A stretch of 64,000 nucleotides of DNA, from positions 320,001 through 384,000 of the forward strand of contig CAVZSV010000005.1 of NCBI GenBank assembly GCA_963778115.1, given 5' to 3'. The position numbers were made by a program, and so were the translations under genes. The notes under the pieces are model-generated. The model was not told where the DNA came from. It searched no databases and saw nothing but the letters and a program-made list of their open reading frames with translations. Position 1 is the first letter of the stretch; each line of letters starts with the position of its first letter. The DNA is from an uncultured delta proteobacterium (lineage in GTDB: Bacteria > Bdellovibrionota > FAC87 > UBA2466). Positions 1 to 10,180 of this stretch are shown here, piece after piece.

Positions 1-959
1 ACTTGAGCTCCAAGCAGGGGAATATCGAAGCTGATCCCGGGACCAAAGACGATGGCGCCGGATTTTAGTGACGCTTCTTGCGCAAATTGGGCGGTGGCAA
101 TGCCTCCCAGGACACGTCCGAGACTTAGGGTTAGGTTCATCGTAACCAATTTCTCCGCTATGGGCATTTGATACCGAGCATCTATGTGGAGCAGAGCATA
201 GGCGAAGAAATCGGCCCCTAATTCGAAGCGGGTCCGCTCCATAGCGCGCATTCCCGCCCAAGCCCCAAAATTGACCGTACTATCGGAGAGACCGCCCCCT
301 GCATAGCGGGCCATACCAATACTGGCTCCCAGGTAGTATTTGCTGGTCTCTAAGGATTGAAGCTCCGCAAAAAGTCGTCTAGATTGCTCGGCTCGGACTT
401 TCGGATCATCACTATTCATAGCGACGTTGGAGGAAGCATCGGTCGCAGCACCGGGAAGCGGTTGAAATTGTGATGCGTAGAGTTGAGTTAAGAGTTGATT
501 AAAATTGAGCCGAAGTTTGTATTCCACTACTTGTGGAGTTACCTGATTTCCCAACATGGGATCGACAAGGGGTTGGGATACGACGATAAATTCTTTGGGA
601 TGTCTAGAATCGAATAGAAACAGAGAAAGCCTTTCAGTTTCAAGGTAACCAAACGCCATCAAATCGGTCTGGGTTTGCTTAAATCCCGCCGCAACATCGG
701 CTTCCGAAAAACTTGCCAGGGCAAAGTTGGCCGGCTGGACACTGAAGTTTTGTGCTTGGACAAAAAGGGCAGTGAGGCCCGTTTGAATTTGGGGTCCCAG
801 GCTAAAAGAGGAGGTGTCTGTAGTGGCCAGAACCGTTAGCGTTCGGGCCGCAACCCCCGCTTGTGCCTGCGGTTGCCCCGCACCGGCGGGAGCTTCGGCT
901 GCCCCTTTATTTGAGGCCCCCATCAACAGTAAAGCTACCATCACCAGGATCTTTTTCAT
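1..959 (-). CDS. Secreted/outer-membrane protein, runs off the left edge (not in the ORF track)
   Basis: Manual translation from ATG 959 (GGAGA RBS upstream) gives MKKILVMVALLLMGASNKGAAEAPAG..., a signal peptide. The later part has alternating beta-strand-like segments (YYLGASIGMARY, TRFELGADFFAY, IVFGPGISFDIP). No stop before position 1. Confidence 0.7.
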   Translation of the reverse strand, partial: MKKILVMVALLLMGASNKGAAEAPAGAGQPQAQAGVAARTLTVLATTDTSSFSLGPQIQTGLTALFVQAQNFSVQPANFALASFSEADVAAGFKQTQTDLMAFGYLETERLSLFLFDSRHPKEFIVVSQPLVDPMLGNQVTPQVVEYKLRLNFNQLLTQLYASQFQPLPGAATDASSNVAMNSDDPKVRAEQSRRLFAELQSLETSKYYLGASIGMARYAGGGLSDSTVNFGAWAGMRAMERTRFELGADFFAYALLHIDARYQMPIAEKLVTMNLTLSLGRVLGGIATAQFAQEASLKSGAIVFGPGISFDIPLLGAQ

Positions 960-999
960 TTTCGATCTCCAAAGCAAGTAACGAACTGCGATAGCGTCC

Positions 1000-1794
1000 T
1001 TAATAACCAACGAGGCCATATTTCTTAATGGAAAAATCGAGAAAGAGCGCCGGAATACAAAGCAACAGCGCGCTATTAATCATGACATAAGCCACAGAGG
1101 CCCAAAAGTGAAAATGAAAGCCGACTAAGTATAGCTGCTGAACCAATTGGGCCGCTTGATAGGTCGGAAGGGCGCGAATAAAGGGGTGGGCAAAGGCCGG
1201 AACCGTTTCGATGGGGTAATAAAAGCAGCTCGCGAATACCAGGGCTTGGCTCGCATAATCAAAGACAAACGAATACCCTTCAAAAACTAAGCTCATGGTA
1301 GTCCCGATAAGACCGATCCCAAACCCCATTAGACAGAGAAAAAGAAGAAGAACAAAGGAAGTCAAAAACAGATGGAGGGGGGTGTGAAACATCACCGCAG
1401 TCACGCCTAGGATAATTCCCGCCATGCAGATATGAAGCCCAATGGATCCAATGATGAACCCCGCAATGACTTCCAGCATGGAAGCCGGAGAGACGAGAGT
1501 AGCGATGATAGTAGACCAATATTTCTCCGAGACCATTTTGAATCGGAAAGTAGAGATCGAAGTGAGAAAAAGGCTGTGGCAAGTCGTTCCGACCAATACG
1601 AAGATCTGATAATTATCCTGACGCAACATTCCTAATTGGCTACCCTTGGTGAGCAGTCCCCGATAAAGAAAGAACATCAGAACTGCTGATTTTAGCGGGC
1701 TCACCGCATTTTGTAGCAAGTACTCCGCGGGAAAGCGCAAATTGAGCCGCCACTCCTTGCGAGCAACCGCCATAATACGTTCAAGGGAATTCAT
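1000..1794 (-). CDS. ABC-2 type transporter permease
   Basis: N-terminal 'RIMAVARKEWR', about 6 TM segments and 'FYYPIETVP...LPTYQA' ABC-2 motif. ATGA overlap with the upstream ATPase. Confidence 0.85.
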   Translation of the reverse strand: MNSLERIMAVARKEWRLNLRFPAEYLLQNAVSPLKSAVLMFFLYRGLLTKGSQLGMLRQDNYQIFVLVGTTCHSLFLTSISTFRFKMVSEKYWSTIIATLVSPASMLEVIAGFIIGSIGLHICMAGIILGVTAVMFHTPLHLFLTSFVLLLFLCLMGFGIGLIGTTMSLVFEGYSFVFDYASQALVFASCFYYPIETVPAFAHPFIRALPTYQAAQLVQQLYLVGFHFHFWASVAYVMINSALLLCIPALFLDFSIKKYGLVGY

Positions 1795-2585
1795 GAAGCA
1801 CTCCTAAGACGAGGTGGTCCTTCCAGAGAATTTACAAAGGCGCCCGCTACGTTCGTCGCTCCATATTGAGCGAGTACCTGGTTCTTTTCGCCGCTAGCAA
1901 GAATCCGACCTCCATCGATAAGGACTAGATCATCGGCCAGAGCATCTGCTTCTTCCATGTAGTGAGTCGTAAGAAGAACCGTACACTTTAGACTTCGCAC
2001 GACACTACGCAGTTCTACCGCTAACTGGTAATCGATTCCCAAAGTCGGCTCATCCAAAATGAGCAGGTCAGGGGAGTGAATCATCGCACGCGCAAGCGCT
2101 AGTTTCGCTTTCATCCCAAATGAGTAGGTTTCGACCAGAGCATCTATAGAATCTTCCAAGCGAAGTAGGTGAGCCAATTCGTCGATTCGGCGATCGAGAC
2201 GCGCAACACGATAGAGCTGTCCAAAATATTCCAAGTTTTCGCGAGCCGTAAGACGATGGTAGACGAGGCTAGCTCCCAAACAGAGTCCCACGCGACTTTT
2301 TACTTTGTCAGGAGCCACTCCGAAGACTCGCACTTTCCCCTCGTGAGGCAAGCGAGCGCCCGTAGCTATCTTGATGAAAGTAGTCTTTCCCGAACCGTTT
2401 TTGCCCATTAAAGCGGTAATTCGGCCGGCGCGAATGTCGAGACTCAGATGATCCAAAGCCACGTGACGGTGAGAAATGAGTCGCTTAAATGGAATTCCCG
2501 CAACTTTTTTCCGTTCCTGAGTAATGTAATAAAAAAACAAGCCTTCGGCCTGGATGGCAAAATCGGAGCTAGATTTGTGGGCCAT
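1791..2585 (-). CDS. ABC transporter ATP-binding protein
   Basis: Walker A GKNGSGKT, signature YSFGM, Walker B LLILDEPT, H-loop TTH. Confidence 0.95.
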   Translation of the reverse strand: MAHKSSSDFAIQAEGLFFYYITQERKKVAGIPFKRLISHRHVALDHLSLDIRAGRITALMGKNGSGKTTFIKIATGARLPHEGKVRVFGVAPDKVKSRVGLCLGASLVYHRLTARENLEYFGQLYRVARLDRRIDELAHLLRLEDSIDALVETYSFGMKAKLALARAMIHSPDLLILDEPTLGIDYQLAVELRSVVRSLKCTVLLTTHYMEEADALADDLVLIDGGRILASGEKNQVLAQYGATNVAGAFVNSLEGPPRLRSAS

Positions 2586-2638
2586 AGTAAAAATTGTAAC
2601 ATGTGAAAGAGGAAGTGGCCCTGCGTCAAAAGGGACTA

Positions 2639-4771
2639 TTATGCGGCGAGTTTCGTCGGTCGTTTACCGCGAGAGAAGTAGTAGTTCGACGCGCGACGTT
2701 GTTGCGAAGAGAGCGGGAGACAGTTGAGTGCGACTCCCACCGGAGCCTTGGAGAAGACTTTGCAAGTTTGAATCGCTTCCACGATGTCTTTGGGGCGGGT
2801 GAGGTAGATACGAGCCACCAAGACAATAAGATCTGCCAATCCCGCCCATTGGTGGGCAAGGTTTGAGGCAAACAGAGGAGGCGTATCGATGAAAATAATG
2901 TCGTACTCACGACGTAATCTATCTAAGTATTGCTCCATCGGTTTCAAATAATTAGGCATGGCTACGGGTTCTATGCGACCTCCGCGAGGCATGAAAGAGA
3001 TACCTTCGTGAACGGTCTTAACGATAATCGAAGCGCTATGAATGCCTTCAGCGTTCTCCAAAATCGATTTAGCTCCCTGAGTATGATCTTCTTGGAAGCC
3101 ATAAAATTTATTGGGATGCGCTGTAATTAAGTCGCCATCGATAAGAAGCGTCTTTCGGTTGGGGCTCTGCGAGGACATCGCAAGATAACTAGCTACAGTG
3201 CTCTTACCTTCGCGAGAGTGGGGTGAGCTAATGACGACGATGGGACACTTCATGTCCTTGGTCTCTCTTAAGATACGGTAGTTCATGATCTTAAGATATT
3301 CCATTCCGAAACTGGGTAACTCATCGAAAGTGGAGGATAACCGACGCATCAACGGAATCTTTCCCAGGACGGGCAGATTGAGCCGGTGGACTTCGGCTTC
3401 ACTATCAAGTCGGGGGACAAGGGCAATGAGCAAAATGGTGGAGGCGACGATCGCAAAGATACTTAAAGATAAAGAGGCGTAAAGATATTTGGAAAGTTGG
3501 GGCTCAATGCGATTTCCTCTTCGGCTAGGCTCCTGTAGGCGGAAGATTTCAGCATTTCCCGCCGATAATTCAAGCTCCGTCTCCTGTTCCTTCTGGAAGA
3601 GGTTAGCGAGTAGCTTTCTTTTGTGAATCAATTCAGCTTGTAACCGGTCGTATTCTAAACGCTGCTGCTGATACTTCTTCTCTTTAAGCTGAATATCGGT
3701 AATCTCGCGTTCCGCATCGTGCAACTTGATTTCATCGGTTCTAAACTCTAACTCCAATTGGGAGATCCGGTGCCTTACTTCGGTTGATTCGATTGGGTTC
3801 TTTAAGAAAGCGAGTTCTTCTTGATCGTTAAGTTGCCCCAGAGCTCCTTCTACGCGATTTATCTCTGTATTGATATCATTGACCCTGGCCTCTTTGTCTG
3901 GGGAAGGGGACTGTTTTTGAAGCGTCAGTTGGTATTGCAATTCAGACAGACGAGCCGTCAAAGCGGCAATAGAAGCGTCCTCGGCGGTGTGCTCGCCACG
4001 TTTTGCTTTCGGAACATTCATGATGAGGTGCTTGAGTGCCCGATTAGTCGCCAACTGTTGTCTGAGATCCAAAGCTTGTCCCCGAAGTCTTTGTAAACCT
4101 TTTCCCTCAATATTGAGCATGATGAAGTTAATAAAATCTTCATTCTTCTTCTGAAAATCAGCGAGATTATATTCTCTTTCCGCTAACTGTCGGGTCAGAC
4201 TTGAGATTTGACGGCTCAAAAAATCCCGTTTCATCATGACGTCGCGCTGTCCAACTTCAGGGTAGTAGGCCTGAATCGTGTTCATGTAGGTAAGGCAGAT
4301 GGAATAGGCGGCGTCTTGGGTGATAGCGGTGCATCTGACATTGTAGATGTCGCTATTTCTATCCCAGGATAGAGAGATCCAGTTACGGAAGGCCTCAAGA
4401 GGGTACGCAACCCCCCCTGGAAAGAATGGTCGTAAATACACGGGACGACCTTCATTGTTATAAAAATCGGTGAACTGATTGCGAAATCGTTCCATGGCTT
4501 CCTGGCTAGAGAGAAGAAATGCCATGTTTTGTTTTCGAGCATTACTCAAATTGGAAACTCCCGGCATCATCACGGATTGATAGAGTTGACGACGGGAAGA
4601 ATCAATAAGAAGTGTTGCGGTCGACTCGTATACGGGATCGGTACGATAGAATTTAACTAGCGATACGCCGTAAATAAGTGCGACTTCTAGCGCAAAAAGC
4701 CACCAATGCGTCTTTAGATAGCTTAACGCTTTAAGTATTATCTGAAATTCGTTTGTAGGATTTTGAAACAT
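2639..4771 (-). CDS. wzc: Polysaccharide co-polymerase / BY-kinase (Wzc-like)
   Basis: N-terminal TM plus 'PVYESTATLLI', coiled-coil periplasmic region, second TM, 'LNLPVLGKIP', Walker A SREGKST, A' LLIDGDL, B IIFIDTPP, and a C-terminal YY. Confidence 0.88.
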   Translation of the reverse strand: MFQNPTNEFQIILKALSYLKTHWWLFALEVALIYGVSLVKFYRTDPVYESTATLLIDSSRRQLYQSVMMPGVSNLSNARKQNMAFLLSSQEAMERFRNQFTDFYNNEGRPVYLRPFFPGGVAYPLEAFRNWISLSWDRNSDIYNVRCTAITQDAAYSICLTYMNTIQAYYPEVGQRDVMMKRDFLSRQISSLTRQLAEREYNLADFQKKNEDFINFIMLNIEGKGLQRLRGQALDLRQQLATNRALKHLIMNVPKAKRGEHTAEDASIAALTARLSELQYQLTLQKQSPSPDKEARVNDINTEINRVEGALGQLNDQEELAFLKNPIESTEVRHRISQLELEFRTDEIKLHDAEREITDIQLKEKKYQQQRLEYDRLQAELIHKRKLLANLFQKEQETELELSAGNAEIFRLQEPSRRGNRIEPQLSKYLYASLSLSIFAIVASTILLIALVPRLDSEAEVHRLNLPVLGKIPLMRRLSSTFDELPSFGMEYLKIMNYRILRETKDMKCPIVVISSPHSREGKSTVASYLAMSSQSPNRKTLLIDGDLITAHPNKFYGFQEDHTQGAKSILENAEGIHSASIIVKTVHEGISFMPRGGRIEPVAMPNYLKPMEQYLDRLRREYDIIFIDTPPLFASNLAHQWAGLADLIVLVARIYLTRPKDIVEAIQTCKVFSKAPVGVALNCLPLSSQQRRASNYYFSRGKRPTKLAA

Positions 4772-4949
4772 TCTTTGTATGGGTTACCAAGGAAATGTAA
4801 TGAGTCTTTTGGTACCCAAATTACTTAACGGCATCCTGGATTCGATTTGTTAGGAAAATTTCACGATTGTCGGGTTAGTCTTGCTATGACGCATAACGAA
4901 CGACTCGCATCGCGTTACCACAGGGGGGAGGCTTATTCCTAGATTCGCG

Positions 4950-6449
4950 CTAAGTATTCGAATTTTTGTGCACTTGTTGTGGAAAGAAAAATCGCATGGA
5001 AAACATCAAGAGAAATCCTAAGACACTTGTCGTAATCATGGAGCTGAAATCCGCTCCCCAATTTAATAAAGTATAGGACGCGCAGACGAAGCAAGTCGCG
5101 TTTGCCCAACCAAAGGGAATGGAGCAAAAGTATTCTGAGAAGGCAACGAAAATGCCGAAGAAGATCGCAGTCCAATACAGTCCTGGATAGCCAAAATTCA
5201 TATACCCTTCTGCTAAATAAGAAAATCCGATGGAGGTCGCATCATCGTCTTCATTGAGATAATTGTAGAGATGTCCAAAGCGTGCCCAATCAAGCCATAG
5301 CGGCTTATCAGGCCATAAAAATCTTGGAATCGCCATGTAAAGCAGATGAGAATAGGTCGAGCCTTCCCAATATGGCACTTGAGAAGGCGTCATGGCCAGT
5401 ACTCTACCTAAGGAATCATCGCGAGCACGATCGTAACCGGAAAGGAGGAGGTCTAAATCATGAGGTCGATTCGTTCCTTCCGATTCACTATCAAAATTTA
5501 ATGATTGGACAGTCGTCGTTAAGCCGGAGTCGGAGTTTGCGTCAATAATCCCGTGACTGATCGCAAATTCACTTACCCTTTCCATCGCAGCTGCATCTGA
5601 AAGATACGTGGACCTAATCACATCTAAAGTAAATCCAATACTTTCTTCAAAGCTAATTCCATCAGATCTTAAAATGGTTCTCAAAAAGCCTTTTACCGGT
5701 TGAATCAAGAACAGGACGAGGGCCATGGGAACGACAAGAAATGCAAAGGATAGCTTACGACGAAGTAGCAGATTCGTTAAAATAAGAAACCCCACAGCCC
5801 ACATGTAGGTAAGGGTTTGAGTCAAGACGAACACTTCTATGGTAGAGAGTAAAACGGCAAATCTGCCCGCTATCAGAGCTTTCGGATGCTTACTCGATTC
5901 GGAAGAAAATAGAATCGCAGGGAGGAAGATTCTCGCTAACGAAACATAAGAGCCAATCGAATCTCCTACATTGAGTGCGGGCAAAGCCAGCGAAAGGGCG
6001 GCAATGATGACTATCTCCCAAAAAGAAAGGTCCCATGGTTCATACGAACTCCCTTTGATGGAAGGTACAAGAAGGGCATAGGCGAAGAAAAAGCAAAAGA
6101 TCGTGATGAGATCGCAGTAAATGTACTGGGTAACTTCGGGGATGAGCTCGGTAGAAATATTTCCGATTAGTCCCGCATGAGACACATCTTTAAACATCCC
6201 AAGAGTATTGTTTAAAAAATGGGAGAGAAAAATAAAGGCCAGCATGTTCACGCGTCCGAGAGCCAGGCCCATAAAGAGCGGAAATAGCTGAATGAGCGAA
6301 AGTAATAGCAATAGGGACAGGGCGCTGGTGTGTTCCTGCAAAGCTCCAGCGATCGCATAGGGCATGATGAGCCCCATCAGTGCTAGGCCCGCCCATGCCC
6401 CTATCCGAATTCCAGGTGAAGTCGATGTATTTTGAACATGCGTTGACAC
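4950..6449 (-). CDS. Polytopic membrane protein, Wzy/O-antigen polymerase-like
   Basis: About 11 TM segments and a periplasmic loop with 'PYWEGSTY...IPRFLWPDKP' followed by 'LAEGYMNFG'. Adjacent to wzc. Confidence 0.7.
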   Translation of the reverse strand: MSTHVQNTSTSPGIRIGAWAGLALMGLIMPYAIAGALQEHTSALSLLLLLSLIQLFPLFMGLALGRVNMLAFIFLSHFLNNTLGMFKDVSHAGLIGNISTELIPEVTQYIYCDLITIFCFFFAYALLVPSIKGSSYEPWDLSFWEIVIIAALSLALPALNVGDSIGSYVSLARIFLPAILFSSESSKHPKALIAGRFAVLLSTIEVFVLTQTLTYMWAVGFLILTNLLLRRKLSFAFLVVPMALVLFLIQPVKGFLRTILRSDGISFEESIGFTLDVIRSTYLSDAAAMERVSEFAISHGIIDANSDSGLTTTVQSLNFDSESEGTNRPHDLDLLLSGYDRARDDSLGRVLAMTPSQVPYWEGSTYSHLLYMAIPRFLWPDKPLWLDWARFGHLYNYLNEDDDATSIGFSYLAEGYMNFGYPGLYWTAIFFGIFVAFSEYFCSIPFGWANATCFVCASYTLLNWGADFSSMITTSVLGFLLMFSMRFFFPQQVHKNSNT

Positions 6450-6570
6450 AAGTTCTCTTCGGAACGATGCGTCTAACGCATAACGCTATTTCCAATTGTG
6501 AAGAAAATTACAAAATCAGAAGGCGAGCTTACGGCGAGAGTCTCATTTACTGCCTTAGGAAACTAGAAGG

Positions 6571-7230
6571 CTAAACTAAGCGAATTGGGGCTACGGTTGC
6601 GGGAATCGTAAGGCGGGCAGCCGTAGCCTTACGAATCTCTTCGGGAGTCACGCCCGGGGCATGCTCACGCAAAACCAGTCCCTCTGCAGTAACATCGATG
6701 ACGGCAAGTTCAGTTACGATTTTCTTTACGACCCCTACTCCGGTCAAGGGGAGCTGACACTTCGGTAGGATCTTACTTTCACCGTTTTTAGAGACGTGTT
6801 GCATGGCCACGATGAGCCTGGTTCCTGAAGCCACTAGGTCCATGGCTCCTCCCATGCCCTTAACCATCTTTCCAGGAATGATCCAGTTGGCGATGTTCCC
6901 TTTTTCATCAACTTCCATCGCTCCCATTACGGTGAGATTCATGTGCCCCCCCCTAATCATCGCAAAAGAATCGGCACTCGAGAAAATAGCAGACCCGGGA
7001 AGGGTAGTGACCGTCTCTTTGCCGGCATTAATATAATCAGGATCCACCTGGGATTCTAAAGGGTAGGGACCCACTCCCAGAAGACCATTTTCACTTTGTA
7101 AGACGACCTGAATTCCCTTTGGAATATAGTTCGCGACAAGGGTGGGTATTCCTATACCCAGATTGACGTAGTCACCATCTTTTAGTTCGAATGCGATCCG
7201 CTGTGCAATCTGTTCTCGAGTCAACGCCAT
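6571..7230 (-). CDS. scoB: 3-oxoacid CoA-transferase subunit B
   Basis: VNLGIGIPT, catalytic [15 protein letters not shown]. Confidence 0.93.
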   Translation of the reverse strand: MALTREQIAQRIAFELKDGDYVNLGIGIPTLVANYIPKGIQVVLQSENGLLGVGPYPLESQVDPDYINAGKETVTTLPGSAIFSSADSFAMIRGGHMNLTVMGAMEVDEKGNIANWIIPGKMVKGMGGAMDLVASGTRLIVAMQHVSKNGESKILPKCQLPLTGVGVVKKIVTELAVIDVTAEGLVLREHAPGVTPEEIRKATAARLTIPATVAPIRLV

Positions 7231-7233
7231 AAC

Positions 7234-7929
7234 TCACCCCTGCCTTGTCGTGCGCTTTTCAATCCGCTTTTGGTAACCCCTGCCTTGAAAGATCCGCTTC
7301 ACGTAAATACCTGGAACATGAACCTGTGCTGGATCAATCTCCCCCACAGGGACCATCTCTTCCACTTCAGCGATCGTTTTATAGCTTGCGGTTGCGATCA
7401 TGGGATTAAAATTGCGAGCCGTTCCTCGAAACAGGAGATTGCCCATGGCATCTCCCTTCCAGGCTTTAACCAATGAAAAATCCGCGAACAGAGAGCGCTC
7501 CATTACGTACTGCCGTCCCTCGAATTCACGAGTCTCTTTTCCTTGCGCAATTAAAGTTCCAAATCCCGTCGCTGTGTAAAATGCGGGGATGCCGGCACCT
7601 CCCGCACGGAGCTTTTCTGCTAGCGTTCCTTGGGGAGTGAGTTCCAACTCTAACTCTCCCGACAACACGAGTTGCTCGAAAAGTCGATTCTCACCGACGT
7701 AGCTTGAGATCATCTTTTTGACTTGGCGTTTTTGCAGAAGTAACCCGATGCCAAAATCATCCACCCCTGCATTATTGGAAATGCACGTAAGATTTTTGAC
7801 ACCCTTCTTTTCTAGTGCGGCGATACAGTTCTCAGGAATACCGCACAAACCAAAACCCCCGATAGCCAATACAGCTCCATCGAAAACATCTTTGACCGCT
7901 TCATCGGCATCCCTTACCAGCTTATTCAT
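7234..7929 (-). CDS. scoA: 3-oxoacid CoA-transferase subunit A
   Basis: GGFGLCGIPEN, SNNAG, PQGTLAEKLRAGGAGIPAFYT, TARNFNP. Confidence 0.93.
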   Translation of the reverse strand: MNKLVRDADEAVKDVFDGAVLAIGGFGLCGIPENCIAALEKKGVKNLTCISNNAGVDDFGIGLLLQKRQVKKMISSYVGENRLFEQLVLSGELELELTPQGTLAEKLRAGGAGIPAFYTATGFGTLIAQGKETREFEGRQYVMERSLFADFSLVKAWKGDAMGNLLFRGTARNFNPMIATASYKTIAEVEEMVPVGEIDPAQVHVPGIYVKRIFQGRGYQKRIEKRTTRQG

Positions 7930-8057
7930 AGTTTGGTTAATCCCTCAAAACGCCCCATCTTAATCGCTTTTTAATACGTGTAAATGGCTGCCTTTAGTGA
8001 TCGTTTCCCTCCTTTGGGGGCCTTTTCGTGGCATAGATCTGCTGTCATACTATTCGA

Positions 8058-8396
8058 ATGGCGAAGCGGATTGATTACCATTCAGAGGACGTCGAAATCA
8101 CCCACGTCAAAGGAAGCGGCCCCGGGGGCCAGCATCGCAACAAGCGAATGACTGGCATCCGTTTGGTTCATAAGCCCACCGGTATTGTCGTGATGGCCAC
8201 TGAACGCCGATCCCAGGAACAGAACCTCGGCGCCGCATTTTTACGCCTCGCAGAAAAGTTGGAGGCCTTCTTTTACAAGCCACCGCCTCGTTTTAAGACT
8301 AAAAAGACGCTTGCCGCCAAAAGGCGTCAGCTAGATGCGAAGAAGCACAGGTCTTCCACTAAGATGGCCAGACAAAAGCCCAAATACTCGGATTAA
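8058..8396 (+). CDS. arfB: Stand-alone GGQ peptidyl-tRNA hydrolase (ArfB/YaeJ-like ribosome rescue factor)
   Basis: GSGPGGQHRNK, RSQEQN, and a basic C-terminal tail KRRQLDAKKHRSSTKMAR. Confidence 0.78.
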   Translation: MAKRIDYHSEDVEITHVKGSGPGGQHRNKRMTGIRLVHKPTGIVVMATERRSQEQNLGAAFLRLAEKLEAFFYKPPPRFKTKKTLAAKRRQLDAKKHRSSTKMARQKPKYSD

Positions 8397-8478
8397 CACC
8401 CGGACTACCAATGGGGACAGCGTGGATTGAAGGGGAATCTGTTTCCCCCCTCCGGCCTTTCCGATATAATTAAAATAC

Positions 8479-9249
8479 ATGGGAATTTTTATCAAAGTGC
8501 TACAGGGCTCCTATGCCTATCTTTTGATCTTTGAGATCGTAGTCGTTTCACTTCTGTTTTTAACTTTTTTGTGGATGTTAGTTCGTAGAATTAGGGAAGC
8601 AGAAGCCACCGACGAGGTGGAACTTTCACCATCGCCGAGAATTGAAACCGCGCAGCCTCAGCCAACCGTTCCGGCCGCTGTCGCTGCTGTCGTCGAAGCC
8701 AATAAGACACTTCAGGATTTAAAAACTCAAATCACCGTCCTTGAGGAAGAGCCGGGTAAAGCGGATTCGCTAAACCATCTGAACGAAGAGTTGCGCGAAA
8801 AAGTTCGCTACTTGGAATCGAAGCTGCTGGAGTATGAAATTTTACAAGAAGAGATCGGAACTCTGAGCACTTTGAAAGCTCAGAACGAGGAGTTACGACA
8901 ACAATTAGTCCTTTCCGGAAAAACACCGCCAAACCCGACGTCAGAAGGGGAGCGCACCCCCTCTGAGCCTAGCACGATGAACTCAGGCACTGCGGTAGGA
9001 GTTGAATCTGCCGATAGGGGAGATTACCAGAAAGAGCCAATTCTCTCGTCGACATTTAGCTCAACTCCGCCCTCGGAGAGTGAACCAAAAAAAGATGACC
9101 TTCACGAGATGACCGTTTCTTTTTCAGAAAAAACGATTCCCCACCCCACTAGCCAGGCTGAACCCGTGAAGCAAGCGTCCGCTCCCGAGGCAGTCTCAAT
9201 CGCTGGCCTAGAGAAATTACTTTCCCAAATCGACGAACTCACTAAATAA
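8479..9249 (+). CDS. Membrane-anchored coiled-coil hypothetical protein
   Basis: N-terminal TM, heptad region 'LREKVRYLESKLLEYEIL', low-complexity linker. Confidence 0.7.
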   Translation: MGIFIKVLQGSYAYLLIFEIVVVSLLFLTFLWMLVRRIREAEATDEVELSPSPRIETAQPQPTVPAAVAAVVEANKTLQDLKTQITVLEEEPGKADSLNHLNEELREKVRYLESKLLEYEILQEEIGTLSTLKAQNEELRQQLVLSGKTPPNPTSEGERTPSEPSTMNSGTAVGVESADRGDYQKEPILSSTFSSTPPSESEPKKDDLHEMTVSFSEKTIPHPTSQAEPVKQASAPEAVSIAGLEKLLSQIDELTK

Positions 9250-9252
9250 GTT

Positions 9253-9281
9253 CACAGAAAGGTAGGCCGTACCTTTCTGTG
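9253..9281. terminator. Hairpin between convergent genes, probable bidirectional terminator
   Basis: Perfect 12-bp inverted repeat CACAGAAAGGTA-GGCCG-TACCTTTCTGTG lying between the stops at 9249 and 9283. Confidence 0.7.
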
Positions 9282-9282
9282 G

Positions 9283-9759
9283 TTAGGACTGGTCGGAAAG
9301 TAATTTTTCCATCCGTAAGATGTGCTCGATGCGGTAGAGCAGTACCTTCTCCTCAAGACCATCCGAGGGATACTGAAGCCACCCCGTGTAAAAGTCTTGA
9401 AATCTCTCCAAAGCTTTGCGAACCCGAACGCGGACCAAAGGGCGCTTATCGTCGGAAACGAGCTTGGCAAAGCTGAAGTCGACGGAAAAACGATACCTCT
9501 CGGGCAATTCAAGACTGCCTGGATAAGCCATCACTAAATCGTTATACGGTCCATTTACGATTTCAGACTGAATCCGCCCCGTATCTTTATTACTTAGCTT
9601 AAGTGGATATTCATTGAGCGCTTTTAAAGCCGCCAACCAAACGTCATCGTACGTCCCGACATACAAACGCGAATAAAAAGGCTCGCTCGGGGGTGTCGAA
9701 GCACAACCGAAGAGAGATAGTGCAAAAATGGCTAATAAAAAGGAGCGAAAAATGTTCAT
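9283..9759 (-). CDS. Lipoprotein, hypothetical
   Basis: Lipobox LSLFG-C followed by a compact 'YDDVWLAALKAL...DTGRIQSE' domain. Confidence 0.75.
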   Translation of the reverse strand: MNIFRSFLLAIFALSLFGCASTPPSEPFYSRLYVGTYDDVWLAALKALNEYPLKLSNKDTGRIQSEIVNGPYNDLVMAYPGSLELPERYRFSVDFSFAKLVSDDKRPLVRVRVRKALERFQDFYTGWLQYPSDGLEEKVLLYRIEHILRMEKLLSDQS

Positions 9760-10103
9760 GACATGGCCAGTATGAAATCAGTTAGCAGAACTGACAAGCT
9801 TCAATGCCAAAATACCCTCGAAAAAGCCCCCTTTTTCTACTGCGAATTAAACTCGAAATAATTACCGCACTACGTCGACTGAAGAGCCTTTACCAGTAGG
9901 CCTTTTCAGCCTTTTCGTTTAAAACGGCTTATAGGCTCCTAAAAAACAGTGGCGGCGGCCACCCCCTTCGCCGAAATAACCTCCAAAAAAATAAGATCTG
10001 CAATTTTTCCAACCGTGGTTTTTGACGCGCCCTTCGAAACTCATAGTGCAAAGCCCTCCCAACCCCTTCTCATCCCCTGAATAAACCGCTATCGAAATTC
10101 TAT

Positions 10104-10135
10104 TTATTAGTTATAATTTTAGTTATCACTAATAA
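10104..10135. other. Putative tyrosine-recombinase core site (dif-like, 13-6-13)
   Basis: TTATTAGTTATAA-TTTTAG-TTATCACTAATAA: 13-bp inverted arms with one mismatch around an asymmetric 6-bp spacer, 45 bp upstream of the recombinase ATG. Confidence 0.7.
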
Positions 10136-10180
10136 GAAACCACCAATAGAGGCAACCCCATCTTTGAGGCTTAATTCAAC

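Noticed and set aside
4781..4817. Imperfect inverted repeat just upstream of wzc as a riboswitch
   Set aside because: No recognisable aptamer consensus, only a weak hairpin.
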